A stretch of 64,000 nucleotides of DNA. It comes from an uncultured marine group III euryarchaeote. GTDB taxonomy: Archaea; Thermoplasmatota; Poseidoniia; MGIII; CG-Epi1. The DNA lies in contig CACALG010000001.1 of assembly GCA_902533295.1 (NCBI GenBank), forward strand, positions 19,048 to 83,047, in the 5' to 3' direction. Position 1 is the first letter of the stretch; each line of letters begins with the position of its first letter. The notes beneath the pieces were generated by a model, which saw only the letters and a program-made list of their open reading frames with translations, did no database searches and was not told where the DNA came from. The position numbers and the translations under genes were made by a program. This document shows positions 1-10,989 of the stretch, in pieces.

Positions 1-477
1 TCTAAAAATACTGAGTTTACAAAGTTAGTTAATGTACTTCAAGAGAAATTGATTCATCCTGGTAAAGTTGGGCGTGTGCATAACCTTTTCTTGCTTTCAA
101 AATCAGGTATTGTTATTAGCAACCTATCTGCTAATGATGTTGAAGAGACTGATGCAGATATATTAGGTGGAATGTTTACAGCTGTAAAGAATTTCATGGA
201 AGATGCGTTTAGTGCACGCAGTGATTCATCATTGAATGATATACAATTTGGTAATTTCCACATAACATTTGCTTCTGGAGCTTATTCAGAATTGGCAGTT
301 GTATATACAGGAATAATTAATCAAGCCTCAGAAGATGCTATTGCAGATACATTAATCGCTTTTGAATTAGAACATATGGCGGTTTTGGAAAATTGGGATG
401 GTGATCTTTCAAAATTAGCAAATTCAGCAGATTATTTGGAAAAACTTTTTTCAGATATTGATAAGGATAAAAGTTAA
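1..477 (+). CDS. C-terminal fragment (5'-truncated by the window edge) of a protein ending in a roadblock/LC7-like alpha/beta domain
   Basis: The frame is open from nt 1 to TAA at 475-477; the listed start at 49 is a TTG inside this open frame. VHNLFLLSKSGIVISN / DILGGMFTAVKNFMEDAF / ELAVVYTG / LENWDGD aligns motif for motif with the cytoplasmic tail of the 1720-aa protein (16966-22128). The fold name is inference. Confidence 0.55.
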   Translation, partial: SKNTEFTKLVNVLQEKLIHPGKVGRVHNLFLLSKSGIVISNLSANDVEETDADILGGMFTAVKNFMEDAFSARSDSSLNDIQFGNFHITFASGAYSELAVVYTGIINQASEDAIADTLIAFELEHMAVLENWDGDLSKLANSADYLEKLFSDIDKDKS

Positions 478-1316
478 TCCTTTTTTAGTCTTGCAATTAT
501 ATGGCTGGTACTCGGTCCGTAGAATTTCACTCTTTCAAATTTTTCTACAGTAAATCTCTTTGTACCCATTAATTTAGAGAATTTTTCAGGAACTGTTCCC
601 CAGTCACTTCTACTTTTGAATCCTAACCAGTTATTTCGATATGCTTCATGAAAGATAACCGTCCCCTTATCATTTAAGCAGCTGTAAGCGTGTTCTAAGA
701 AATCGATGGTGTTCCCAATATATCCTAAATGTATTACGTCTGCTTTCGTTTCAATATTTCTGCAATCATCATTGATTATTTCCATATTTTCGATGGCATT
801 ATTTTTAGCGTTTAAGGAAAGATATTCAATAGATTTTGGGTTCTTGTCAATTGCAATTATTTCCGCTTCAGGATATCCCTTTGCCATTTGAATTGAAAAG
901 TATCCAATTCCAGCAAAATAATCTATAATTGTCTTAGGTTTGTCAAACGTATAAAATTCGGAAATTTTTTCTGGACCAGACAAAGCAGATCTCCATCCTG
1001 TATTTCCTGGAGACCACATAATCTCAGCTAAATCTAATTTGTATTTTATTCCATATTCTGAGATTTCTGTAACAGTTTCCTTTCCGTATAAAATTTTAGT
1101 ATCTTCTGGCTTTCGTAGTTCACCTGATATCTTATTCTTCTGTATTATGCTCTTTGCGTTAAGAACTTGTGCATAAATTTCAGCTATATTTTCTTTTTCT
1201 TTCTTAATATTAGATAAATCTAGAATCACTATATCTCCTATTTTCTTCCATTTTCTTGGTAGATTGTTGTGTAATTCTGAATCAATTTTACTTGTTATTT
1301 GTTCAAAAGGTTTCAT
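474..1316 (-). CDS. tRNA methyltransferase of the Trm5/Tyw2 (Met-10+ like) family
   Basis: AdoMet-binding DYFAGIGYFS and AIDKNP motifs with typical Trm5/Taw2 architecture. The preferred start is ATG at 1316 (MKPFEQ), which forms an ATGA overlap with the stop of nfo; the ORF track extends to 1358. Confidence 0.75.
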   Translation of the reverse strand: MKPFEQITSKIDSELHNNLPRKWKKIGDIVILDLSNIKKEKENIAEIYAQVLNAKSIIQKNKISGELRKPEDTKILYGKETVTEISEYGIKYKLDLAEIMWSPGNTGWRSALSGPEKISEFYTFDKPKTIIDYFAGIGYFSIQMAKGYPEAEIIAIDKNPKSIEYLSLNAKNNAIENMEIINDDCRNIETKADVIHLGYIGNTIDFLEHAYSCLNDKGTVIFHEAYRNNWLGFKSRSDWGTVPEKFSKLMGTKRFTVEKFERVKFYGPSTSHIIARLKKD

Positions 1317-2185
1317 TCTTCGGCTAACTTTCTTAGTACGGCTATTTCTGGTTTCCACATATCAGGACCTCCTGGTGTTTCTAGGTATCCTGCTAAATGT
1401 TCTAGCCTTTTTTCCTGCATGAAACTCTTGAAAGTTTCTTTACCTAATTTTCCCATTCCAATATTATCATGTCTATCTACTCTAGATCCTAGTTCACTTT
1501 TTGAATCATTAAGGTGTAGAGCTACTAAATATTCCATTCCAACTATATCTTCAAAATCGTCCCAAATATTATCAAAATTATTTCTCCAATCATAACCAGA
1601 TGCCCACGCATGTTGTGTGTCTATGCATACACCAACCCTTTTCTTATCATCAATATGATCTATAATTTTCCTTATCTCTTCAAATTTAATACCCACATTA
1701 GTCCCTTGTCCTGCAGCATTTTCAATAACTAATTTTGATTCGTATCCTTTTGTTTCGTCTAGTGTTTTGTTCATATGGTGTGCTATTCTCTCAAGGGATT
1801 CATTTCTTGTTTGTTCATCATCCCTCATGCTTTTTTTTGGATGAGTATGTGAACCTGGGTGGAAATTTAGATAGGCAACACCTAAGGCCTCACAGCGATG
1901 ATATTCTTCTAGGAATGCAACTTGAGCTCTTTTTCCTTTGGCTTCATCTGGGCTTCCCATATTGATTAAGTAAGAATCATGGATCATTAGAGGCCCTAGA
2001 TCTGTTTTTGATAGAGGTTCTTTGAACCCCTTTATCTCCTCATCTGTGAGTGGTTTAGCAATCCATTGTCTTTGATTTTTACTGAACATTTGGAAAGTAT
2101 CAGCTTCTATTTCTAATGCCCAAGGTATTGCATTCTGCAGGCCTCCAGCAACACTTACGTGAGCTCCTAGTCTCATTATTTCCAA
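1313..2185 (-). CDS. nfo: Endonuclease IV (AP endonuclease family 2)
   Basis: Full-length match to the Nfo pattern: GAHVS, HPGSH, VIENAAGQG, CIDTQHAWASGYD, HLNDSK, DRHDNIG. Confidence 0.9.
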   Translation of the reverse strand: MEIMRLGAHVSVAGGLQNAIPWALEIEADTFQMFSKNQRQWIAKPLTDEEIKGFKEPLSKTDLGPLMIHDSYLINMGSPDEAKGKRAQVAFLEEYHRCEALGVAYLNFHPGSHTHPKKSMRDDEQTRNESLERIAHHMNKTLDETKGYESKLVIENAAGQGTNVGIKFEEIRKIIDHIDDKKRVGVCIDTQHAWASGYDWRNNFDNIWDDFEDIVGMEYLVALHLNDSKSELGSRVDRHDNIGMGKLGKETFKSFMQEKRLEHLAGYLETPGGPDMWKPEIAVLRKLAEE

Positions 2186-2224
2186 TTCAAGCCTACCTTA
2201 ATAATAACTATTCGATAAGAGCCT

Positions 2225-3022
2225 GTGAAATTTTGCATAGTGGCTAACCCAAAACAGCCAAACATGAAAAAAATCTTAACAAAGGTTATTGGTTTTTTAG
2301 ATGACTTTGATTTGGAAGAAGAATCAGCCAAAATTGTTGGTTTGAAGGGGGAACCAATGGATCAATTAAAAGGTGAGATGGTAATTTCATTAGGGGGAGA
2401 TGGCACTTTATTATTCATACTAAATAATCTGAATAAGCCCGTTTTTGGAATTAATTGCGGTGGTGTGGGCTTTCTGACAGAAATAGAACATTCAGATGAT
2501 ATGTTCAATGCTTTTAAGCGGTTGCAATCAAAAAATTATCAATTACAGAAGTTAGGTAGAATTGATGCTTTTATCAATGATTTAAAGGTTGGAACTGCCC
2601 TGAATGAAGTAGTTTTACACTCTTCAAGAGTAGCTAAAATCCAAGGTTTCGAAATTGAGATAGATGGTTCAGTTGCAGATAGTTTTAGAGGTGATGGAGT
2701 TATTGTTGCTACGCCCACCGGATCAACAAGTTATGCAATGTCAGTAGGGGCGCCAATTCTATATCCAACAATGGATTCACATATTGTAGTTCCAATGGCA
2801 GCTTACCGTATTGGTGCTAGACCATTAGTTGTACCTTCTAAATATGATATTACAGCCAGAATCACGGGCCATCCTGAGGCTGTTATGGTAATTGATGGGC
2901 AAGATGAAATTATGATTAATAAGGATGATAAGATACAATTTAAAAAGTCTAAAGAGTCAGTAGAATTAGTTAGATTTGGTGACAATTTCTTTGACAAAGT
3001 TCGAAAAAAATTGAGGTTATAA
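2225..3022 (+). CDS. nadK: NAD kinase
   Basis: GGDGTLL, NEVV and GDGVIVATPTGSTSYAMSVGAPIL motifs; GTG start. Confidence 0.9.
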   Translation: MKFCIVANPKQPNMKKILTKVIGFLDDFDLEEESAKIVGLKGEPMDQLKGEMVISLGGDGTLLFILNNLNKPVFGINCGGVGFLTEIEHSDDMFNAFKRLQSKNYQLQKLGRIDAFINDLKVGTALNEVVLHSSRVAKIQGFEIEIDGSVADSFRGDGVIVATPTGSTSYAMSVGAPILYPTMDSHIVVPMAAYRIGARPLVVPSKYDITARITGHPEAVMVIDGQDEIMINKDDKIQFKKSKESVELVRFGDNFFDKVRKKLRL

Positions 3023-3023
3023 T

Positions 3024-4502
3024 TTGAAAAAACGTAAGGCAAGATTAAGAGGAACTAAAACAGCAGCTAAATTTGAGCAAAAGAAGTTGATGTCTCGTAT
3101 TAAAGAATTGAAGGAAAATCCAAAAATATTGATACCTAAAACTCCTCCAGGTAGTGAAGCTGAGAAGGTTTATTCAAGAGTTCTAAAAGAAATGGAACTA
3201 GCTAAAGAACAATATGAGAACCCACCTGGTTTCTTTTCAAGAATGATGGGAAATAGGGTTAAGGATCCTTTAGCAAAGGCATATGGTGCAACTCTCACAG
3301 TTTTAGACTCAGGTGCTCCAGTAATGGCAATTGCACGTTTCCCTCATGGTGAAGTAAATTATGTTATGAGAGGATCGGGGTTATCCAAAGAAAAATTGAT
3401 TGGTGTGCAAAATCATCACCATAGATTATGGTCACGTTTTGCGCATTTAGATTATGTGAAAAAGTATAAATTTTTCATGTATGCTTTAGACAAAGGCCTT
3501 GTTTGTACAGGAACTTCACCTAAATATCCAAAAGCTTTGTGGGAAGAGGCGTGTAGAACTCTTAAAATTAAAAAGGGTGGTAATGGTATAGAAGGAATTC
3601 AGATTCGCTGTAAATCATTGAACGAATTAGCAGTTTTACCTGTGAAGAAAGTCTCGAAATCTAAAGAAAATAGTTATAGCCATTTTCTTAGAAATCAAGT
3701 AGCTTTTGAACAGGATTTAGATTTTGAGATTACTGTTTCAACCTTCCTCTCTGAAATTATTGATGATATTCCTAAAGAATTATTTTCGGGTTATTTGACA
3801 GGCACTGCTACTGATTCAGATTTATGGAATGCAGTAGTTAGTTTTCAAAAGGAAAAAGTAAAAGCATTAGATGAGCAATATTTCATTATATCAAATACTA
3901 TTGTAGATAGTAAGGAATTAATCAATAAGATTAGTAGTAATAAGATTGATCAGGCAATTATAGAGGATATCCTGAAAGATTGCAAAGACACTATAGTAAT
4001 AGATAATTTTACACTATCAGCATTTACAGAATATACCTGGGAGTCTGCAGGAAGAGAAATAGTTAATAGCATAGATTCAAAGAAATTAGAGGATTATAAT
4101 GGAGAAAACTCGCTAGAATTATTAAGAGATTTGTACAATAAAATTGTCAAAGATAGTTTGACCAGTGATTATCCAAGATTCAAATCTCTCAGTGAACCAT
4201 TAAAGTTGATAGACGATGTCGTAAGGATGTTGAAATCAGGAGAAAAAGATAGTGCTATCAAGGCAATAGAGAGTCTTTCATCAAATAATAATATGACTAA
4301 ATCAGTGTCATGGGCTACATTGATATGTCTTAATGCTACATCTAGTAGGGCCTGGAAATATAGTAAGGAAGAGCAATCTCTTGGTGAATCACTTAAAGAA
4401 TTAGTACAAAGTTTAATTGATAGTCAACCATCTAAATATTTAGTAATATTAGAAGAGATATCGTCAAGAATAGGACTTGGTAATAAATTGGAAGTTATTT
4501 AA
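3024..4502 (+). CDS. Hypothetical protein (492 aa) with a basic N-terminus
   Basis: Long ORF starting 1 nt after the nadK stop (TTG start). I recognise no motif. Confidence 0.5.
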   Translation: MKKRKARLRGTKTAAKFEQKKLMSRIKELKENPKILIPKTPPGSEAEKVYSRVLKEMELAKEQYENPPGFFSRMMGNRVKDPLAKAYGATLTVLDSGAPVMAIARFPHGEVNYVMRGSGLSKEKLIGVQNHHHRLWSRFAHLDYVKKYKFFMYALDKGLVCTGTSPKYPKALWEEACRTLKIKKGGNGIEGIQIRCKSLNELAVLPVKKVSKSKENSYSHFLRNQVAFEQDLDFEITVSTFLSEIIDDIPKELFSGYLTGTATDSDLWNAVVSFQKEKVKALDEQYFIISNTIVDSKELINKISSNKIDQAIIEDILKDCKDTIVIDNFTLSAFTEYTWESAGREIVNSIDSKKLEDYNGENSLELLRDLYNKIVKDSLTSDYPRFKSLSEPLKLIDDVVRMLKSGEKDSAIKAIESLSSNNNMTKSVSWATLICLNATSSRAWKYSKEEQSLGESLKELVQSLIDSQPSKYLVILEEISSRIGLGNKLEVI

Positions 4503-4527
4503 AACGGGCTTAACTGGAGAAACTCTC

Positions 4528-4604
4528 TGGGTCCGTGGTCTAGTTGGTTATGACGTCGCCTTGACATGGCGGAGATCCCCGGTTCGAATCCGGGCGGACC
4601 CACC
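4528..4604 (+). tRNA. tRNA-Val (anticodon GAC) with encoded CCA
   Basis: Cloverleaf by hand: acceptor GGGTCCG/CGGACCC, anticodon stem TCGCC/GGCGA, loop TTGACAT, T-arm CCCGG-TTCGAAT-CCGGG, discriminator A, CCA. Confidence 0.9.
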
Positions 4605-4606
4605 AC

Positions 4607-5035
4607 TTATTTTCCTTCTTTCCATCTACGATATTCTTCACTGTCATGTGATATAGGCCCGTCATTAGGTTTAGTTTCAGTTTTCATGGATGATAACTTA
4701 GGTTGTACCGTAGTACTTTCCTTATCTTCATTGATGGTAGCACCAATTAAAATAGCACCAATAGTGAGTAATATGATTGGAATAAATAGTACAAAATAGA
4801 TTTGAAAAACAATAAAAACAATAAATATTACAAGGCCACATATAGCTAAAATCCAGCCAGCGGCTTTATGTCCATTGAGGCTATCATTAATTAAAATAGC
4901 ACCAATAGTGAGTAATAGGATTGGAATAAATAGTAAAAAAAAGAGTCCAACGAGAAGAAAAACAATGAATTGTATGAGGCCAATTATAGCTAAAATCCAG
5001 CCAACTACTTTACGCCCTTTGGCCTCTTGATCCAT
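4607..5035 (-). CDS. Small polytopic membrane protein built from two tandem ~48-aa repeats
   Basis: GWILAI.GL..FIVF...F.LFIPI.LLTIGAILI occurs twice. The DNA repeats are near-identical around 4745-4800 and 4890-4940. Confidence 0.55.
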   Translation of the reverse strand: MDQEAKGRKVVGWILAIIGLIQFIVFLLVGLFFLLFIPILLLTIGAILINDSLNGHKAAGWILAICGLVIFIVFIVFQIYFVLFIPIILLTIGAILIGATINEDKESTTVQPKLSSMKTETKPNDGPISHDSEEYRRWKEGK

Positions 5036-6319
5036 TTATGGAGTCATCCGAGTCCTATCTCTAGGAAACAAAACACATTCTCTTACATTTTTTGCACCTG
5101 CAAAAATCATTGACAATCTATCCAATCCTAATCCCCATCCAGCATGAGGTGGCATACCATATCTAAATGGATCCAAATAATGATTAAATCCATCGGGTTC
5201 TAAACCTTGTTTTTTCAATCTTTCTCTAAGCATATTGACGTCATGAACTCTTTGTCCTCCAGATGTCATCTCGACTTCATTATACATAAAATCAAAGCCT
5301 TTACTGTATTTCGGATCATCATCTGGGAGTATGTAGAATGGTTTGAGCGATAATGGCCATTTTGTTATGAAATAGAAACCATTCATCTGCTGAGCAATTT
5401 CTCTTGTAGCTTCCATAGATAAATCTTCACCCCATTCCGCTTTTCCGTTTGACATTTCTACAGCTTCATCGTATGTTATTCGTGGCAAAGGTAATTCAAG
5501 CTCAATAGGCTCAATTCCAAGCGTTTCTAGGGCTTCTATCTCTTTTGCAACAGCTCTTGCTGCACTATCTACTAATCTCTCCATTACTCCCATTACTACA
5601 TCATCATCAGCAAACGACATTTCTATATCAATTGAGATAAATTCATTCAAGTGTCTGGGTGTGTTATGTTCTTCAGCCCTAAATGCAGGTCCTATTTCGT
5701 ATACTCTCTCTAAACCACCTCCCATTAACATTTGCTTGTATAATTGAGGAGATTGAGCAAGATATGCAGGTTTATCAAAATATTTCATTTCAAATAATGA
5801 AGTTCCACCTTCAGTTGCCGAAGCAATAATTTTTGGAGTTTGAACCTCAAGGAATTTTTCTCTTCTTAGATGTTTATGTACTGCGCCTGAGACAGCTGCG
5901 CGAATCTGGAAATTTGCAGCTATCTCACTTTTCCTTAGATCAAGATATCTGGCATTTAATCTAGTTTCAATTTCACTATCTATCTTATCAATCACACCTA
6001 AAGGAAGTGGTGTTTCAGCTTCATTCAATATTTCTATATTGTCTGGTAACATTTCAACACCTCCTGGTGCTTCTTTGTTTTCTTTGACAATGCCTCTGAC
6101 TAATACTATTGATTCTCTATTGATATTTGTCCATTTCTTGTAATTCTCAGCATCTAATTTCTTTTTTAATAATGTTAATTGAATTACTCCAGTGATATCT
6201 CTTAGTTGAAGGAAAGCAATACCTCCTAAATTACGTGTATCTTGCAACCATCCACATAGCGTTTGCTCAGAGCCGAAGTCTGATTCTTCGATTTCACCAC
6301 ATTTTCGAGTGTAAAACAT
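5036..6319 (-). CDS. aspS: Aspartyl-tRNA synthetase, archaeal type
   Basis: Class IIb motifs FRAEEHNTPRHLNEF and GWGLGLDRL, an OB-fold N-terminus, and archaeal length (~430 aa). Confidence 0.9.
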   Translation of the reverse strand: MFYTRKCGEIEESDFGSEQTLCGWLQDTRNLGGIAFLQLRDITGVIQLTLLKKKLDAENYKKWTNINRESIVLVRGIVKENKEAPGGVEMLPDNIEILNEAETPLPLGVIDKIDSEIETRLNARYLDLRKSEIAANFQIRAAVSGAVHKHLRREKFLEVQTPKIIASATEGGTSLFEMKYFDKPAYLAQSPQLYKQMLMGGGLERVYEIGPAFRAEEHNTPRHLNEFISIDIEMSFADDDVVMGVMERLVDSAARAVAKEIEALETLGIEPIELELPLPRITYDEAVEMSNGKAEWGEDLSMEATREIAQQMNGFYFITKWPLSLKPFYILPDDDPKYSKGFDFMYNEVEMTSGGQRVHDVNMLRERLKKQGLEPDGFNHYLDPFRYGMPPHAGWGLGLDRLSMIFAGAKNVRECVLFPRDRTRMTP

Positions 6320-6323
6320 AGTT

Positions 6324-7442
6324 CTAACTTATTGGATACCTCAGTATCGCAGCCAGCCCTCCAAAAGCTTTCTGTAAGGAAACGCCTTCTTCACTTTCAG
6401 TAGATACTATCGTAATTTCTGCTTTGCTTTTTTCAGCTAGTTCTCCTAATTTTTTTACAGTCCCTTCTTCCACATTAGCCATTTTTTCCAGACCTTCAGA
6501 AATCATTAATTGATTTACTGCTCCCATTGTCAGAGCCATTTCAACTTGTTTCATGCCGTAAGTAGCTAATGTTCCTTTTGGAGATAATATTTCTTTCATA
6601 AATTTATCCATAAGTTTTTTCTCTTTTACTAATTGCATTTCTGCTAATCTTCCAGAACCTCTAGTAACTAATTCTCTCAATCCAGTCTCATCAGTATAAC
6701 CTGTATCAAAGGAATCGATAACTATTTTCTGTAATTCATGATTCAAATATTCTCTTTTTATAAAATATTCTTTAGTAGCTCCAGGTCCACCGATCAAAAT
6801 ACCTTCTACGTTATTCCCAAGAAAACATTCGGTAGCTGAGTGTGCCACCTTCTTGTACCATTCATGTGCTGCCTCCTCTATCAAACGTTCAAAACGTTGT
6901 TTAGATTGTCCACCTTTTCCATGTTTTGATGGAACTTGTGAATACATGTGTTTAAGCGTTGTAATTGTAGCCCCCCTAAGAATTCCTAGAGCTGCTTCAG
7001 ATCTATCTATAACTATCAATCCAAATTGAGTTTTGGTTTCACCAAGACCTTCTAATGGTTCTAAAAAGAAACCTGAATCACAACGATAAAGAAATGTAGG
7101 TAATGGTTCTGGAGGTACTACTACTTCTTGGACCATGGTAGTTTGATTTCCTCCTTTTGATACATGGCCAACAAAGAAAACCACTCCATTTTCAGGAGGA
7201 GTTTTGAACATTTTTAATCTAGACATTATTGATTCAATTGCTGCACTGACATTCTTTCTTGTGGATTTAGATTTTATGTTTGCAGATTGTGAAGCTTCAT
7301 TCCTAAGGTATGATTGCACATCATAAATTTTGCGATCAGGAGGAATATACAGGCTAACGAGTTCTGTAGCATGTCCTCTATAATTCTTGAGACGTTCAAG
7401 GGATTGCTTGAATTCATATTTTTGTAGAGACTCAGAACTCAT
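6324..7442 (-). CDS. prf1: Peptide chain release factor aRF1
   Basis: NIKS motif (SANIKSKSTRKN) and GGQ motif (HGKGGQSKQRFERL). Confidence 0.9.
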   Translation of the reverse strand: MSSESLQKYEFKQSLERLKNYRGHATELVSLYIPPDRKIYDVQSYLRNEASQSANIKSKSTRKNVSAAIESIMSRLKMFKTPPENGVVFFVGHVSKGGNQTTMVQEVVVPPEPLPTFLYRCDSGFFLEPLEGLGETKTQFGLIVIDRSEAALGILRGATITTLKHMYSQVPSKHGKGGQSKQRFERLIEEAAHEWYKKVAHSATECFLGNNVEGILIGGPGATKEYFIKREYLNHELQKIVIDSFDTGYTDETGLRELVTRGSGRLAEMQLVKEKKLMDKFMKEILSPKGTLATYGMKQVEMALTMGAVNQLMISEGLEKMANVEEGTVKKLGELAEKSKAEITIVSTESEEGVSLQKAFGGLAAILRYPIS

Positions 7443-7521
7443 TGATTTTGTTAATGCAGGACCTTTTTATGATATTGGTCTCGGTTTATACTCATTTTAT
7501 GCAAAACCAAAATCATCTTCA

Positions 7522-8112
7522 TTATTTGCCGTCATCCTCTGCATAATAATCAAAATCCAAATAGTAATTAAATATGATACAGTTCGAATCTTCCCAATTT
7601 AAGCTTGTATGGCATATATCTACAGGCGCCGCATGATCAATGAAGTATGGCCTTACCACCTCTTCGGATTCATATGATGTTCTATAATCCCAATCTATTA
7701 CAAAAAAGTAATTACTTGGTGAAAAATACGTTCCTTTCTTATCATCATGCACCATATATTCATTTTTCTCTACTATTAAATCAAAATTATTTACACCAAA
7801 TACTTCTCCATTTAGGTAATCATTATAATTAGAATAATCGAGAATAAATACCTCTTTTTCAAACTGACTTGGGAAATTTAAATAATATTCTAGCTCGCCA
7901 TGCCCTTCAATATATCCTATCTCACATGAAAAGAAACCTATATCTTTATTCAGATAAAATGGATAATCTGAACCATCACCATTTTGATAACTGAAATCTT
8001 TATTACAATATTCAGTAGTATAATCTCTCAATAAGCCTCCACTAGGTATTGCAGAACCTAAAATAATAACAGCTACAAAAACAATTACGATGTCATTTTT
8101 TATATTTAACAT
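7522..8112 (-). CDS. Hypothetical secreted or anchored protein (N-terminal hydrophobic segment; Tyr/Asp/Asn-rich)
   Basis: ORF with N-terminal IVIVFVAVIILGSAI; no recognisable motif. Confidence 0.45.
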   Translation of the reverse strand: MLNIKNDIVIVFVAVIILGSAIPSGGLLRDYTTEYCNKDFSYQNGDGSDYPFYLNKDIGFFSCEIGYIEGHGELEYYLNFPSQFEKEVFILDYSNYNDYLNGEVFGVNNFDLIVEKNEYMVHDDKKGTYFSPSNYFFVIDWDYRTSYESEEVVRPYFIDHAAPVDICHTSLNWEDSNCIIFNYYLDFDYYAEDDGK

Positions 8113-8114
8113 AT

Positions 8115-8357
8115 CTAGTTTTTCCTCCTTTTTGCAGATAAGGAAATAATCGCAAATGATATAAGATAATATATTAGAGCAAATACAAGTATTGTATTAC
8201 CGTAATCGAATCCTAATTTTGCGTATTCTCTTAGTATAGGTATGTACATTAAATGGGATGAAAATAAAAGCAAAATAAAAGTAAAGATATTAAATTTAAT
8301 AGATGCAAATAGAGTTCTGGAGGCCAATGGTGTTGAATCTTCCACTGATAACGCCAT
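8115..8357 (-). CDS. Small hypothetical membrane protein
   Basis: An 80-aa ORF with two hydrophobic segments, tightly packed between neighbouring same-strand genes. Confidence 0.35.
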   Translation of the reverse strand: MALSVEDSTPLASRTLFASIKFNIFTFILLLFSSHLMYIPILREYAKLGFDYGNTILVFALIYYLISFAIISLSAKRRKN

Positions 8358-9151
8358 TATTCACCACCTTTCTCTTGATTGTCTAAATTAAATTCCTCAG
8401 AAAAATACTCATCTTCATTTTCTTCAGCAAAGTCTCTGATTGCTCTACCCTCGTCTTCATCAAATTCATCAATAGACTCAGCCTCAAGAACAATGTTTTC
8501 ATCAATTTGAGCCTCAAAGCCTTTAATATTAGTAGATGGGACTATTCTCCAAAGCCCATATGGTAAAACATAAACTAGGATGAAATCTCCAAATTTCCTT
8601 CCTTCTGATTTTTCCATCATAGGTTCGTTTCCGATAACTCCTAAGAGGTGAAATAATAGGAAAAAATTAATGAAGAAAACAACTAAAGATATAGAATTAT
8701 TGATAATATATTTTTCTTGAGATATTTGGAATGAGATTCCTTTAATTAAGGACAATATACCAACATAAATCATACAAGATCCAAGAAATACGGAGAATTC
8801 TGAATCAGATAAAAATAATAGAATTGCTCCAAACATTATAAAAATTAGGCCAAAAACAGCGAAACTGATAGCCCAGTTACGTTTTTCTTCAGCAACCAAA
8901 ACTTCTGGAGTTTTTTCTTCTTCTATTATCTCTTCTTCATCCTCTACATCATGACTTATATTATAACCAGAATTTGGGGCATCCAGACTATCTATAGTAC
9001 CTTCAAGTAATTCCAAATCTATATTTTGGTTTTGATTTGTCGCCTTTGGTCTTCCAAAATAGATAGTTATTGAAACAAGAAGAAGCGAAGCTAAAATAAG
9101 CCAAAAATATAATTCAAGAAGATAATTCCATCCAGAATAGTATGCCAACAC
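8357..9151 (-). CDS. Hypothetical membrane protein with acidic N-proximal and C-terminal segments
   Basis: Several hydrophobic helices plus DVEDEEEIIEEE and EENEDEYFSEE stretches; GTG start. Confidence 0.45.
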   Translation of the reverse strand: MLAYYSGWNYLLELYFWLILASLLLVSITIYFGRPKATNQNQNIDLELLEGTIDSLDAPNSGYNISHDVEDEEEIIEEEKTPEVLVAEEKRNWAISFAVFGLIFIMFGAILLFLSDSEFSVFLGSCMIYVGILSLIKGISFQISQEKYIINNSISLVVFFINFFLLFHLLGVIGNEPMMEKSEGRKFGDFILVYVLPYGLWRIVPSTNIKGFEAQIDENIVLEAESIDEFDEDEGRAIRDFAEENEDEYFSEEFNLDNQEKGGE

Positions 9152-9163
9152 AGAAATACAAGT

Positions 9164-9191
9164 AAGAGGTAGATATTACAATCTACCTCTT
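9164..9191. other. Perfect 11-bp hairpin between the 16S trailer and the next CDS
   Basis: aagaggtagat (9164-9174) / attaca loop / atctacctctt (9181-9191). The function is not established; it could be a terminator or a processing element. Confidence 0.4.
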
Positions 9192-9197
9192 ATTTTT

Positions 9198-9226
9198 ATT
9201 CGAAATCAATTTAGCGCTAGGCAGCC
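9198..9226 (-). other. 3' half of the pre-16S processing stem carrying a bulge-helix-bulge (BHB) motif
   Basis: The RNA-sense sequence GGCUGC-CUAG-CGCU-AAA-UU-GAUUUCGAAU pairs with 10764-10793. The 3-nt bulge AAA corresponds to + strand 9210-9212. Confidence 0.65.
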
Positions 9227-9239
9227 AACCCTAAATCTT

Positions 9240-10707
<1,468 letters not shown>

Positions 10708-10763
10708 TTTTTTCCTTTCGAATGCACACTATGAGTTTATAAATTTACTAGAATTGTCGGATT

Positions 10764-10793
10764 GACTGCACTAGTTTCGCTTAGATTTCGAAT
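10764..10793 (-). other. 5' half of the pre-16S processing stem (BHB motif)
   Basis: The RNA-sense sequence AUUCGAAAUC-UA-AGCG-AAA-CUAG-U-GCAGUC is complementary to 9198-9226. There is a 10-bp outer helix, a 4-bp central helix and a 4+6-bp inner helix. The 3-nt bulge AAA corresponds to + strand 10775-10777. Confidence 0.65.
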
Positions 10794-10989
10794 GTCAGAT
10801 GATAGCCCAAACTAGGGTTGTTATCATCTCCATAACATTGTCTGCAATAACGGAATAGGTCCATCATAAAATCAGGAATTCGCCGAAGTCATTGCAACCG
10901 CTTACACGGTACCTGGTGACAGTTTTACCTGTTCAGGAGCTTCATCACTTAAAATGGTCTATTTAAGAAAAACGCCATATTTATCATAG

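Noticed and set aside
4528-5035. tRNA-Val as a possible integration site for a mobile element
   Set aside because: There is no integrase, no direct repeat of the tRNA 3' end, and the flanking genes are ordinary (aspS, prf1).
10726-10733. TTTATAAA TATA-like box ~20-25 nt upstream of the mature 16S 5' end, considered as the rRNA promoter
   Set aside because: It lies inside the region enclosed by the leader/trailer BHB processing stem (10764-10793), so the primary transcript must start further upstream. At best it is a secondary promoter, and AT-rich palindromes are common here.
10813-10820. An 8-nt complementarity between the 16S leader (CAACCCUA) and trailer (UAGGGUUG, 9226-9233)
   Set aside because: It would cross the much longer BHB-containing stem as a pseudoknot. 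The leader segment is better explained by a local hairpin (gatgata/tatcatc, 10798-10828).
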